30,928 bases of DNA. Origin: Candidatus Woesearchaeota archaeon. Its GTDB lineage: Archaea > Nanobdellota > Nanobdellia > SCGC-AAA011-G17 > PNOQ01. The notes beneath the pieces were generated by a model that saw nothing but the letters and a program-made list of their open reading frames with translations, was not told where the DNA came from and did no database searches. The stretch covers positions 1 through 30,928 of the forward strand of contig JBDRML010000024.1 of the NCBI GenBank assembly GCA_043812195.1, written 5' to 3'. Below, in pieces: positions 10,387 to 20,611 of this stretch. Made by a program: the position numbers and the translations under genes. Each line of letters begins with the position of its first letter. Within the stretch, counting starts at the first letter, position 1.

Positions 10387-11352
10387 TTAACCCCTCATCA
10401 CCAAAAATACAATATAAGTTACATAAAGCAACAAGAAAATAATACCTTCTTTCTTACCTAATTTATGTTTATCGCCAACAAACATAAACAAGAACAATAA
10501 GAGAGTCGCAAACAAAAGTACCAATATATCAATATTCACAAAACTAGGTATTGCAACAGGAGCAATAACAGAAGTTATGCCAAGTATCCAAAGAATATTA
10601 AAGATATTACTTCCAATAATATTTCCTACAGCTAAATCAATATCTTTCTTCATAGCTGCTCTAACAGAAACAACAAGTTCAGGTAAAGAAGTTCCAACAG
10701 CAATTATAGTAGCAGAAATTAAAAATTCACTCAAGCCAAATTGATTAGCAATATAAATCGCACCATCAACAACCCACTTTCCCCCTAAAAATAAACCAGC
10801 TATACCTCCAATAATCATCAAAGCAATAACAATATTATTTCTTTGTTTAATCTCTATTTTCTTATCTTTCCAAATCTTTTTATTTCTTTTTATTGAACTA
10901 AATATATACAAAAGGAAAACTGCAAAGAAAATAAGCATAATAAATCCATCAACCCTAGTTAATGAAAATACATTTAACCCATCAATAATAAAATCATTAG
11001 AAACAATAAATAAAACTACAACAGCTAGCACAGCAAATGGAAGTTCTTTCCAAATAGTAGATCTATGAACACTTATAGGATAAATAAGTGCAGTAATACC
11101 TAAGACTAAAAGAATATTAGAAATATTACTCCCAATTATATTACCAAAAGCAATACCAGTACTTCCTTCTAAAGCTGCAAATACATTAACAACCAATTCA
11201 GGCATAGATGTTCCAAACGCCACAACTGTCAAACCAATAATTAAAGTAGGAACGCCTAATTTCTTAGCCAAAACAGAAGAACCATCAACTAAAAAATCAG
11301 CACCTTTAACCAAAATTATAAGTCCCACTACAAATAATATGTATTCAAGCAT
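10387..11352 (-). CDS. Ca2+/Na+:H+ antiporter (CaCA, YrbG-like)
   Basis: Duplicated GTSxPE and GNIIGSNI alpha repeats. Confidence 0.93.
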   Translation of the reverse strand: MLEYILFVVGLIILVKGADFLVDGSSVLAKKLGVPTLIIGLTVVAFGTSMPELVVNVFAALEGSTGIAFGNIIGSNISNILLVLGITALIYPISVHRSTIWKELPFAVLAVVVLFIVSNDFIIDGLNVFSLTRVDGFIMLIFFAVFLLYIFSSIKRNKKIWKDKKIEIKQRNNIVIALMIIGGIAGLFLGGKWVVDGAIYIANQFGLSEFLISATIIAVGTSLPELVVSVRAAMKKDIDLAVGNIIGSNIFNILWILGITSVIAPVAIPSFVNIDILVLLFATLLLFLFMFVGDKHKLGKKEGIIFLLLYVTYIVFLVMRG

Positions 11353-11377
11353 GTACTTATTTTAAAAAATATTATTA

Positions 11378-11611
11378 TTAAACCTTTCGCATATTAGGTT
11401 TTAAAAGAGCAGGATATCCTTTTTGATTTTTTATATTATAAGCCTTCATAATTTTCTCAGCTCCATTTTTTTCTTTAGATAATCTTTTAATAAACTCGTC
11501 AGCTTTCTGGAATTGGGCATCTATAAATTCTGTATGTATATCTTTCCATTTCCCATTACTTTCCTTTACATATTTTGCCCATCTTTCTACAGATTCAATG
11601 CGTTCTTTCAT
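11378..11611 (-). CDS. Small hypothetical protein coupled to the upstream nucleotidyltransferase
   Basis: ATGA overlap with 11608..12168. Confidence 0.65.
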   Translation of the reverse strand: MKERIESVERWAKYVKESNGKWKDIHTEFIDAQFQKADEFIKRLSKEKNGAEKIMKAYNIKNQKGYPALLKPNMRKV

Positions 11612-12168
11612 TTTAGCCTTTTTTCCCTTATCATTTTTTTAATCTTTTTAATCTCTTCTTCATCTATTAAATCACTATATACATCTCTTAAATGCTTTGC
11701 GTCTTCTAAATCTTTTGGGCTTTTTAAATATTCTTCTTTAAATGCAATATTCATATCAATTGAACTAAACCACACATCTAAACCCGTAAGTTTTAATTTA
11801 ACTCTTGTTGTTAACTGATAATCATCTAATTCATCTTTAGATAGTTTTATTTCCATTTCAGGCAATGGTCGATTTTTATAAGTATATCTCACACTTGTAT
11901 CATTTTTAAGATAATCTTTATATATTTCAGTAGGATCATCAGACTGCATACATACAAAATCATTTTTAATAAGATCATTATGCATTTTAATAAAAATATC
12001 TTTAGATATTTTTGGAATAATCATATCTATGTCTTCAGTTGCTCTAGCTCTACCAGATGAAATTGCAACAAAACCAGAAACAATTATATATTTAGTGAAT
12101 TTTTCAACTATCTCACAAAAATCAATACAAAACTTATCCAATACATTTCTTTTAGATTCTCCTCTCAT
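11608..12168 (-). CDS. Nucleotidyltransferase-fold protein
   Basis: IVSGFVA...RATEDID and C-terminal KDLED motifs. Confidence 0.7.
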   Translation of the reverse strand: MRGESKRNVLDKFCIDFCEIVEKFTKYIIVSGFVAISSGRARATEDIDMIIPKISKDIFIKMHNDLIKNDFVCMQSDDPTEIYKDYLKNDTSVRYTYKNRPLPEMEIKLSKDELDDYQLTTRVKLKLTGLDVWFSSIDMNIAFKEEYLKSPKDLEDAKHLRDVYSDLIDEEEIKKIKKMIREKRLK

Positions 12169-12217
12169 TGCATATTAATAAGGTTAATTTAGAATATAAT
12201 ACTTTCGCTGGTGGTTG

Positions 12218-13615
12218 TCAAGCATTTTTATATTTGGCAATTAAACTAGCAGCGGTTTTACCATCACATTTTCCCTTATATTTTGTCATTATAATTCCCA
12301 TCAAAGCGCCAATACTCAACTCTTTTTTATCCTTAACTAATTCTTTAATCTCTTTCTCTAATTTATTTAAATCAGCAGCTTGATAACTAGCCAAATTAAT
12401 TATTTTCCCTTTAGCTAAGTCAACCATCACATCAAAAACAGCATCTTTAGTTATTTTATTAGTAGAAAGTGCTTCCAAAACAAATCTAAAATCTTTATCC
12501 TTAAATTTATAATCAACATTCAATCTAGATTTCATATCTTTAGGAATTTCAACCAAAATATTAGCAATCAACTTTTTATCAATTCTATATTCATAATCTT
12601 CTAAATTAAATCCTTCCTTAACTAAACTTCTTGCTAACTCAGCACTTAATCCTTCTTTTTCATATCTTAAAATTTTCTCATCTATTAATTCAGGGACTTC
12701 AATACTCTTCAATAATTCTTTTGTTATAGCAATAGGTTTGACATCCGATTCTGGATACATGCGAGATGCACCAGGCATAGGTCTCAAAAAACTCGTAGTT
12801 CCATCAAGCTCAGCCCTTCTTACTTCTTTCTTAACATTCCCTTTTAGTTGTCTCTTTATTTCATATTCAATAGTTGTTGGCATATGTCTCAAATCTTGAA
12901 AACCCTTTATTTCTACTCTATTTCCATTTTTTATAGAAACATTAACATCTTGACGAATAGACCCAATACCAGAAATTACCTTTCCAGTGCTTTTAAGTAT
13001 CATCCCAAGCTTTTCCGCCACTTCTTTTGCATGCTCAGCTGTTTTAATATCTGGTTCAGTTGCAATCTCAATTAAAGGAATCCCTAACCTATCTAATCTA
13101 AAAACTACACAATTTTTTTCATCCCTTACTCTCCTAGCAGCATCCTCCTCCAAACAAATACTACCAATTCTAACCTTCCCTTTAGAAGTTTCTATGAACC
13201 CATCGTGACCACACATTAGTGTTCGCTGAAACCCGCTAGTGTTGCTTCCATCGACTACAGTTTTTCTCATAACTTGAATTTCATCTACAATTTTGCATTT
13301 TAAGATCTTACAAACCTGCAAAACAACTTTTAAGGCATCCATATTAAGATCATTAGGCGGAGATTCATCAAATTCAACTAGACAATTAGTATCCCTATAA
13401 GCTTCATAATTAAATTCCCTTCTTTTCAAACTTTCATAAAAAGCAGCTTCATCTATACTTCCAAGCTCCCCAGCAACAGCCCTCAATGCCCTAATCAATA
13501 AAATATCATGAGGATCATCTCTTAAAATAGTCGGACACTCACAAAATAATTTTTTCCCAGATAATTGCTTATGAATTTCTAAACCACATTTGAACTTTAA
13601 TTTTTTATAATCCAT
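12218..13615 (-). CDS. gatE: Glu-tRNA(Gln) amidotransferase subunit E
   Basis: GLEIH, KLFC, DGSNTSGFQRT, LEEDA, LDRLGIPLIEI, RQDVNVSI, RMYPE. Confidence 0.96.
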   Translation of the reverse strand: MDYKKLKFKCGLEIHKQLSGKKLFCECPTILRDDPHDILLIRALRAVAGELGSIDEAAFYESLKRREFNYEAYRDTNCLVEFDESPPNDLNMDALKVVLQVCKILKCKIVDEIQVMRKTVVDGSNTSGFQRTLMCGHDGFIETSKGKVRIGSICLEEDAARRVRDEKNCVVFRLDRLGIPLIEIATEPDIKTAEHAKEVAEKLGMILKSTGKVISGIGSIRQDVNVSIKNGNRVEIKGFQDLRHMPTTIEYEIKRQLKGNVKKEVRRAELDGTTSFLRPMPGASRMYPESDVKPIAITKELLKSIEVPELIDEKILRYEKEGLSAELARSLVKEGFNLEDYEYRIDKKLIANILVEIPKDMKSRLNVDYKFKDKDFRFVLEALSTNKITKDAVFDVMVDLAKGKIINLASYQAADLNKLEKEIKELVKDKKELSIGALMGIIMTKYKGKCDGKTAASLIAKYKNA

Positions 13616-14808
13616 TTTTTAACTCCAAGATTATTCTTATCAAGTTTTATATATTTTAACCATGGTCTCCATGGAACTCTCCACTCTGAAATTTTATCAT
13701 TAAATTCTATAATTTCTCTATCAATTCTTTTAGTATTTAAATATGTCTTTTTAGGAATTTTTCCCAATTTTAACAAAGTTTTTAACTGACCTAAAGGAAT
13801 ACCTCTTTCACCATTTCGCCATCTGCAGTAAACAAAATCATTAATTCGCAACAACCTACAAATTTTAGCATCGTGTCCATGATTTTGGTTTATTCTATCA
13901 AAAATAGATTTTCTACAAGAATCGGATAAAGTTATGTGTGTATTTTTTGATAGATTATTTATATTTAATTTAGATAAATTTTTATTTCTCTTTATTATTT
14001 TAGAATCATTCAAAATATTTAAATATTTCATTATAGTTGTTTTTCCAACGCCAAGTTTTTTATAGAGGTAATTTATATCAACTTGCTTTAGTTTTTTAAT
14101 AATGCTTATCAAACCAATAATATTAACTTTTCTCCCTTTAAAATATGTTAAATTAAAAGATCTCTTTGCGTCTTTTAATTTATTTATTCGTCCAAAAAAT
14201 CCATTAGATAATTCTAAAATTTTGAACCATTTCTCACTTCCAATAATATAATAATCCAACCAAGTTTCTAATTCCTTTGGATTCATATTATCAGAGGTCC
14301 ATAACCCATACTGTAATTTTCTATTTCCTCCTTTTTTTAATGTTAGTGATTTAACTTTCATACCATTATTAACCAATATATTCCTTAAATCATCTCTAAA
14401 TTTTTTGCTCACAACACTAAAACCAATACTCTTATTAATATTAACAGAAGATTCAAATGTCATAGAACCAACAACAAACGCTCTTTCTAAATCTTTATTT
14501 CCTATTATACATTTCGGAATGCCAACTGTATAAGTTTTGGGACCAAATGGAAAATTAAAACAATCTTTAAAATACTTATAAAAATCTTTTCTTTGAAATT
14601 GAATACCATAACTATTCTCATTATTTGACTTAAATATTCTTGGAAAGAAATTAAACTCATTTTGAATTAATCCAGCTATTAACTTAATATTATTTTCATC
14701 TTCATCTTTAATACTAAAACACCCCTTTCTACTTAAATGGCCATCTGCTGCATGTGCTCCTGCCAGGATACATAAATTTTCATTTAATTCTAACATTTCA
14801 TCTATCAA
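13597..14808 (-). CDS. Free-standing LAGLIDADG-fold protein with C-terminal HTH domains
   Basis: LAGAHAADG motif, degenerate second motif FVVGSMTFES, HTH-like KLGVGKTTIMKYL and WRNGERGIP segments. Confidence 0.75.
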   Translation of the reverse strand: MIDEMLELNENLCILAGAHAADGHLSRKGCFSIKDEDENNIKLIAGLIQNEFNFFPRIFKSNNENSYGIQFQRKDFYKYFKDCFNFPFGPKTYTVGIPKCIIGNKDLERAFVVGSMTFESSVNINKSIGFSVVSKKFRDDLRNILVNNGMKVKSLTLKKGGNRKLQYGLWTSDNMNPKELETWLDYYIIGSEKWFKILELSNGFFGRINKLKDAKRSFNLTYFKGRKVNIIGLISIIKKLKQVDINYLYKKLGVGKTTIMKYLNILNDSKIIKRNKNLSKLNINNLSKNTHITLSDSCRKSIFDRINQNHGHDAKICRLLRINDFVYCRWRNGERGIPLGQLKTLLKLGKIPKKTYLNTKRIDREIIEFNDKISEWRVPWRPWLKYIKLDKNNLGVKKWIIKN

Positions 14809-14920
14809 TAGTAAACTACCTTTATAAACTTGTCGTCGGTGTTTGGCAAGCTGACAAGATAATTATCAGATTTTTAAATCTTGTAGAAACTTTTATATAA
14901 TTATTCATCGCAACAAAAAC

Positions 14921-15316
14921 ATGAAAATACATCAAGTAACAACCATAGCTGTTGAAGAAGATTTATCAACATATGATGTTACCTATTGGTATGTTGAAAC
15001 AAGAATGGGAAACATTGTAATGGTAGCTAGCATGAATAAATGTTCTCTAACTAAGATTATCCCTGGTAGTTGGGATATAAAATATGATTTTCAGAGACAG
15101 TTCGAAATTCCACCAGATGTTCCAAAAGAAAATCGAGAAACAGAATTGAGTTCTTGGACAAAGTCACATCAAGTAAAAGAAATTGAGGATGTTCCTCTTG
15201 AAGTGATAATTGATGGTCTTAAACACGGCCAAGGATTACCAAATGAGTTATATCCAATAGTAAAAGAAAGAGCAGATTTTATACTTCAGGCTACATATTC
15301 TGTTAGATCTTCTTGA
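14921..15316 (+). CDS. Hypothetical protein
   Basis: ORF with TTTATATA about 25 bp upstream; no recognised motif. Confidence 0.65.
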   Translation: MKIHQVTTIAVEEDLSTYDVTYWYVETRMGNIVMVASMNKCSLTKIIPGSWDIKYDFQRQFEIPPDVPKENRETELSSWTKSHQVKEIEDVPLEVIIDGLKHGQGLPNELYPIVKERADFILQATYSVRSS

Positions 15317-15434
15317 TTTTTTATTTAATTTTATTAGATTTTATTCAACTTTTAGACATTTTCAAAAACTCAAAAATTTTAAAGAGTTTAAACCTTGTGG
15401 AAACATTTAAATAATCAAAATCCAAAAATCAAGT

Positions 15435-15641
15435 ATGCATAAAAAAAATAAGAGCAAAACCATATTTATGGCAATAATTGTAGGTTTAGGTATTGTTTTG
15501 TTCTGGAGGGGTGTTTGGCAATTATTAAATGTTTATTTGTTCCCCCAAAATTATGAGTTAAGCAATTGGATTTCTTTAATTGTAGGATTAATAATTTTAA
15601 TTGCAACTGGCCGTTTAGTTAAAAATTGGCTTTACGAGTAA
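15435..15641 (+). CDS. Small two-TM membrane protein
   Basis: FWRGVW between hydrophobic helices; TATA box upstream. Confidence 0.7.
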   Translation: MHKKNKSKTIFMAIIVGLGIVLFWRGVWQLLNVYLFPQNYELSNWISLIVGLIILIATGRLVKNWLYE

Positions 15642-15726
15642 CTTTTATTTCTTGGTTTAATTATACTAATTATAATAAGTTATGCAACTAAAGAATTATT
15701 ATAAAACTTTATAAAACCAAGAGTTT

Positions 15727-16311
15727 ATGCTTAAAACTATGAAAAGATTCATTATTATACATGGATGGGATGGAAATTCTGAAGAACCTATGCTCAAATG
15801 GTTTAAAGAAAAAATAAAAAAGAAAGGTTTCAATGTATCAGTCCCTGAAATGCCAAACTCTGCAGAACCTAAAATAGAAGAATGGGTTCAAAAAATAAAA
15901 GAAGTTGTTCAAGAACCAAATTCTGAAACCAATTTTATAGGACATAGTGTTGGATGCCAAGGAATATTAAGATATTTAGAGTCAATAAATCCAAAATTCA
16001 AAGTTGGCAGATTAATACTAATTGCTCCATGGATGTATTTAAATGAAAAAACTATTGAAGAAGAGGGTGAAGAAGTAAAAGAAATAGCAAGACCTTGGAT
16101 GGAAACCCCAATAGACTGGAATAAAATTAAAGAACATCTCGAAGAAAAACCAATTTGTATTTTTTCAGACAATGATCCATACGTGCCCTTATCTAATGAA
16201 AATTTATTTAAAGAGAAAATTGGAGCAGAAGTAGTAATAGAACATAATAAAGGACATTTTACAGTTAGCGATGGAGTAGAAAAACTACCAATTATCTTAA
16301 AATATATATAA
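15727..16311 (+). CDS. RBBP9/YdeN-family alpha/beta hydrolase
   Basis: IHGW, GHSVG nucleophile elbow, SDNDPYVP, GHF. Confidence 0.9.
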   Translation: MLKTMKRFIIIHGWDGNSEEPMLKWFKEKIKKKGFNVSVPEMPNSAEPKIEEWVQKIKEVVQEPNSETNFIGHSVGCQGILRYLESINPKFKVGRLILIAPWMYLNEKTIEEEGEEVKEIARPWMETPIDWNKIKEHLEEKPICIFSDNDPYVPLSNENLFKEKIGAEVVIEHNKGHFTVSDGVEKLPIILKYI

Positions 16312-16316
16312 AAATC

Positions 16317-17099
16317 ATGAACTTCCTAGATATCCAATCAAATATAGAAAATGCTAAAGTAATTATCCAACCAATTCCATTTGAAAAAACCACATCTTAT
16401 ATTAAGGGAACAAAAAATGGTCCTAAAGAGATTCTAAAAGCTTCAAAAGAATTAGAGACGTATGATATAGAAACAGACTCAGAACCTTACTTAGAAGGAA
16501 TACACACCCTAAAACCAACTAAAATAAAAAACATAAAAAATCATAATAAGTTTACAATCTCATTAGGTGGAGAACATTCAATAACATATCATATATTTAA
16601 AAAATTACCACAAAAAAATCTCTCAATTTTACACATAGATGCACATGCAGATATGAAAGATGAATTTGAAAAAAATAAATTCAGCCACGCTTGTGTAATG
16701 AAAAGAATACATGAAATAAATAAAAATATTGTGTCTATTGGAGTTAGAAGTTTAGATTTAGATGAAAAAAAATTCATAGACGAAAACCATATTCCAGTAT
16801 TCTTCATGGAAAGCATAAATAACAACTGGACGGAAATAATATCTTTTCTTAATGAAAATGTTTACATAACAATAGATTTAGATTCATTAGATCCATCAAT
16901 AATGCCTTCTGTAGGAAATCCAGAACCAGGTGGCTTTCAATGGTATCAATTATTAAGTTTTTTAAAAGAAGTTTTCAATAAAAGAAATATCATATCCTGC
17001 GATATAGTAGAATTATCTCCCAAAAAAAATGATTATTCATCACCATACATAGCAGCAAAATTAGCATACAAATTAATAGCCTATAAATTTAAAATATAA
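16317..17099 (+). CDS. speB: Agmatinase (ureohydrolase family)
   Basis: GGEHS, DAHAD, SHA, DLDSLDP, PEPGG, DIVE. Confidence 0.9.
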   Translation: MNFLDIQSNIENAKVIIQPIPFEKTTSYIKGTKNGPKEILKASKELETYDIETDSEPYLEGIHTLKPTKIKNIKNHNKFTISLGGEHSITYHIFKKLPQKNLSILHIDAHADMKDEFEKNKFSHACVMKRIHEINKNIVSIGVRSLDLDEKKFIDENHIPVFFMESINNNWTEIISFLNENVYITIDLDSLDPSIMPSVGNPEPGGFQWYQLLSFLKEVFNKRNIISCDIVELSPKKNDYSSPYIAAKLAYKLIAYKFKI

Positions 17100-17123
17100 A
17101 AAAAGAAAGAATTAATTAAATAA

Positions 17124-17597
17124 TTATTTTAATTCATCAACTACTTCATCAAGACTTTCATTCAATCCTCTAAATGCATTTTCTCTTGCTATAGTGTAGG
17201 CTCTATGAATTCCTTTTCCCGGTTTATGAACAAAAGTAACTACTCTATCTTTACTTGCTTTATCAATAAAACCTTTTTGAATCAACCAATAACGTTCAGC
17301 AGTTTTTCCATCTTTATCTGTATCAACGAAAATATGCTCTAGACTTCCATCTCTGTAAAAAAGCAAATCATTACCATTTACACCCCTATAAAGATCTACA
17401 TTTTCATCTTCATTAGATATAATATCTCTACAATCTGCAGGATTAGGTCTTTTAGGAAATTCTGCAGGATTTTTATAATTTGAAGTGCTAACAGTTTCAA
17501 CTTTTTCTTTAGATTTATTACAAACCAAACTACCAACAATAATTCCAGCTCCAATTACTGCTGCTCCAATTCCACCATATGTTAACCATCTATTCAT
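17124..17597 (-). CDS. Membrane-anchored hypothetical protein
   Basis: N-terminal TM helix; GGGGAG RBS. Confidence 0.7.
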   Translation of the reverse strand: MNRWLTYGGIGAAVIGAGIIVGSLVCNKSKEKVETVSTSNYKNPAEFPKRPNPADCRDIISNEDENVDLYRGVNGNDLLFYRDGSLEHIFVDTDKDGKTAERYWLIQKGFIDKASKDRVVTFVHKPGKGIHRAYTIARENAFRGLNESLDEVVDELK

Positions 17598-17681
17598 TTT
17601 TTAACTCCCCCATAAACATAAGTAAAATTAGCAATATTAACCCATTTATAAATCTTTCTAAAAGTAACCACTAACAAGAAA

Positions 17682-18947
17682 CTACAAGAACTCGTCAGCT
17701 ATTCTAGAATTCATTTCACCCTTCAAATTCTCTTCCATCATAACCTTAATATTCTTCTTAAAATTGCTCAAAATCCATGCTAATTTAACTAAAGAAGTCT
17801 CAGAAGTCATATCTTTTCCATCAATAACATGCTCTCTAATTTTCCTTCCATAACTATAAACATTCATATTAATCCTTCCAAACACAGTCTGAGAACACAT
17901 AACTTTAGGGATTTTTAAATTTTTTAAAGCATTAAAGATTTTTTCATTCTCTAATGTATATTTATCAATTTTATCTACAGGCATATGCCCTAAGCCAGAA
18001 CCCTCAATAATCAAACCATCAAATTTAGAATAATTCTTAACTTCTTGAGCAAACATATTAGGGTGAACCTTCAAAATTCCAATTTTTAATTTATCATTAA
18101 TTAACTTTAATTCTAATTTATCTTTAGATCTTTTCTTAAATTTAGTGTTAAGATAACTAATTTTACCATTTATATCAACCTCAGCAATTGGCCTGTCATT
18201 AACAGATTTAAAAGCGTCTCTCCTAGAAGTATGTAATTTCTTAGTTTTCAATCCAGGAAGTATATAACAAGCATTATCATTCATATTTTTATGCATGCAA
18301 ATTCCAACTTCTGCAAAATTACTATTAGCAATAAATTGACAAGCACAAATCAAATTAACAGCAGCATCACTACTTCCCCTATCAGAACTTCTCTGAGATC
18401 CAACTAACAAAACAGGAATCCCCAAACCATCTAAAATAAAACTCAAAGCAGCAGAGGTATAATGCATAGTATCAGTTCCATGTGTAATAATGACCCCATC
18501 AAAACCCCGATCAACACCTTTCTTAACTTCCTTAGCAAGTAAATTATAATGAGCAAACCTCATATCTCCAGACCACATATTTCCAATTAATTTACTTTTT
18601 ATATTCACAATTTTTTTAATTTCTGGAAACATTCCAATTAAATCATCAGGACTAAATTTAGCTATAACACCTCCACTTTCATAATCAACCTTAGAAGCAA
18701 CAGTACCACCAGTATGTAAAATTAAAACTTTAGGCAATTTAGAATTTTGTCTAACTCTAACAGTTTTATCTCTTTTTTTAATCCCCTTCTTAATTAACTT
18801 CTTACTTTTAATCTTCTTCTTCTCAATTCCAATATTATATCCACTATCTAATTTCAAAACTAATTTACCATTAATAGAATCCGGCATCAAAACACCTCTA
18901 AATTTATTAGAGTCAGCTTTCACTTCAATATAATCACCAACTTTCAT
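17682..18947 (-). CDS. gatD: Glu-tRNA(Gln) amidotransferase subunit D
   Basis: KLDSGYNIG N-domain, TGGTVAS, HGTDT, SQRSSDRGSSD. Confidence 0.96.
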   Translation of the reverse strand: MKVGDYIEVKADSNKFRGVLMPDSINGKLVLKLDSGYNIGIEKKKIKSKKLIKKGIKKRDKTVRVRQNSKLPKVLILHTGGTVASKVDYESGGVIAKFSPDDLIGMFPEIKKIVNIKSKLIGNMWSGDMRFAHYNLLAKEVKKGVDRGFDGVIITHGTDTMHYTSAALSFILDGLGIPVLLVGSQRSSDRGSSDAAVNLICACQFIANSNFAEVGICMHKNMNDNACYILPGLKTKKLHTSRRDAFKSVNDRPIAEVDINGKISYLNTKFKKRSKDKLELKLINDKLKIGILKVHPNMFAQEVKNYSKFDGLIIEGSGLGHMPVDKIDKYTLENEKIFNALKNLKIPKVMCSQTVFGRINMNVYSYGRKIREHVIDGKDMTSETSLVKLAWILSNFKKNIKVMMEENLKGEMNSRIADEFL

Positions 18948-19044
18948 ACTCTTTAAACTAGTGAACTACTATAAAAAATTATCTAATTAAAAAATAGAGA
19001 AAAAAAGAAATTTAGAAAATCAAATTAGAATAAATTTTATTTTT

Positions 19045-19314
19045 TTATTCTTCTTCTTGTTCTTCTTCTGCTTCACTTTCAGCGTCTTCACTTTCATCTA
19101 TATCAGTTCTTTCGCTGCCTTTTTGAAGCAATTTAACATCCTGAGCCTGTTTACCTTTATCTGTGGTTGCAGATTCAAAAGATACCCTATCGTTCTCTCT
19201 TATGAATGTTCCTTTTTCTACTGATGTGTAATGCACAAAGTAATCTTCTCCGTCGTCACCATTGACAAAACCGAAGCCTTTTCGTACATTAAACCATTTT
19301 ACAGTTCCTTCCAT
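19045..19314 (-). CDS. Cold-shock domain protein with acidic tail
   Basis: GTVKWFN..KGFGF, FVHY; start moved to ATG 19314, downstream of GGAGG. Confidence 0.92.
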   Translation of the reverse strand: MEGTVKWFNVRKGFGFVNGDDGEDYFVHYTSVEKGTFIRENDRVSFESATTDKGKQAQDVKLLQKGSERTDIDESEDAESEAEEEQEEE

Positions 19315-19562
19315 TTTATATTTGTTCCTCCTACTATTCAAAATAATACAAACAAAAAGATCAGAATTACTTCCTTGCCTTTTAGCCCATATTACTCAAA
19401 TTTACCATAAATATTGGATTTATAAAGCTTTTGGATTTGGAAAAAAAAACATAGAACAAAAAACCAAAAAACTTATATATCAGGGTACTATTAATGATTA
19501 AAAGAAATTCTTTAAAATTTAAGAACAAATATTAAATATAATTTCTAATAAGGAGGTGAAAA

Positions 19563-20144
19563 ATGACATATAAATCAAAAGAATTTAACAGTTTACTAGG
19601 TATAAAAGGATTTAGTGAAGGACTATTACAGAATCACTTTAGACTCTATCAAGGATATGTAGCGAATACAAATAAGCTATCAGAGATACTATCTACTTTA
19701 TCAAAAGAAGGAAAACAAGGAACTCCAGAATATGCAGAATTAAAACGTAGATTTGGATGGGAGTTCAATGGAATGAGACTACACGAATTATACTTTGAAA
19801 ACATGAGTAAAACCAGCAAAAAACCAAAAAACTCAGTACTATTAAAAGAAATAGAAGAAGAGTTTGGAAGTTTTGAAGAATGGGAAAAAGATTTCAAAGC
19901 AGTTGGAGCCCTAAGAGGAATAGGTTGGGTAGTTTTATTTTACGATCCTATTGGAGAAAAACTTTTCAATGCATGGATTAACGAACACGATTTAGGACAT
20001 CTTACTGGAGCAACTCCATTATTAGTTTTGGATGTATTTGAACACGCATTCATGTTAGACTACGGATTAAACAGAAAAGATTACATAGACAAGTTTTTTG
20101 ACATAATAAATTGGCAAATAGTTGAAAAAAGATTCAAAAAATAA
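19563..20144 (+). CDS. sod: Fe/Mn superoxide dismutase family protein
   Basis: Metal ligands in NHF, LHELYF and DVFEHA. Confidence 0.88.
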   Translation: MTYKSKEFNSLLGIKGFSEGLLQNHFRLYQGYVANTNKLSEILSTLSKEGKQGTPEYAELKRRFGWEFNGMRLHELYFENMSKTSKKPKNSVLLKEIEEEFGSFEEWEKDFKAVGALRGIGWVVLFYDPIGEKLFNAWINEHDLGHLTGATPLLVLDVFEHAFMLDYGLNRKDYIDKFFDIINWQIVEKRFKK

Positions 20145-20147
20145 TTT

Positions 20148-20609
20148 TTATTTTCTTTTATATTTTCCAATTAACTCTGTTTTTTCTATAATATGATTTT
20201 TCATAGCGATTTCAATTTCTTTCTTAATAGAACCTTCAGGAAGATTTAATTTAATATCTAAAGCATACAACTTAAAGAAATATCTATGTTCTCTATCAGG
20301 AGGGCAAGGACCAGTATAACCAATTTTTCCACTACTATTTTTTCCATCAATACCACTAGGTTCAGTATCCTCTCCTATCAAATATGTGGTTGGAGAAATA
20401 TTAAAAACAACCCAATGATCATAAACATCAATTCCAAATTTCTCTTTAACAAAATCAGGAATATCAGGATCATCCATAATCAAAACTAAAGATTCAGCAT
20501 TTTTTGGTACATTTTCTATTTTTAATTCAGGATTTATATTCTCTCCATCACAAGTATATTTGCTAGGAATATCTTCATTATCCTTAAATGCAGTGCTTGT
20601 TAATTTCAT
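20148..20609 (-). CDS. YbhB/YbcL (PEBP) family protein
   Basis: DDPD, HWVV, GPCPP, HRYFF. Confidence 0.92.
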   Translation of the reverse strand: MKLTSTAFKDNEDIPSKYTCDGENINPELKIENVPKNAESLVLIMDDPDIPDFVKEKFGIDVYDHWVVFNISPTTYLIGEDTEPSGIDGKNSSGKIGYTGPCPPDREHRYFFKLYALDIKLNLPEGSIKKEIEIAMKNHIIEKTELIGKYKRK

Positions 20610-20611
20610 AT

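Noticed and set aside
13597-14808. Intein or intron inside gatE
   Set aside because: gatE is complete in its own frame and no Hint/splicing residues flank the LAGLIDADG ORF.
15660-15690. TATAA-TAAG-TTATGCAAC resembling a dif half-site
   Set aside because: Spacer is 4 bp rather than 6, with no flanking repeats or GNA hairpins.
19388-19397. CATATTACTC matching the cassette scaffold motif
   Set aside because: No adjacent dif-like site or partner TRYGTCATA; plausible by chance in AT-rich DNA.
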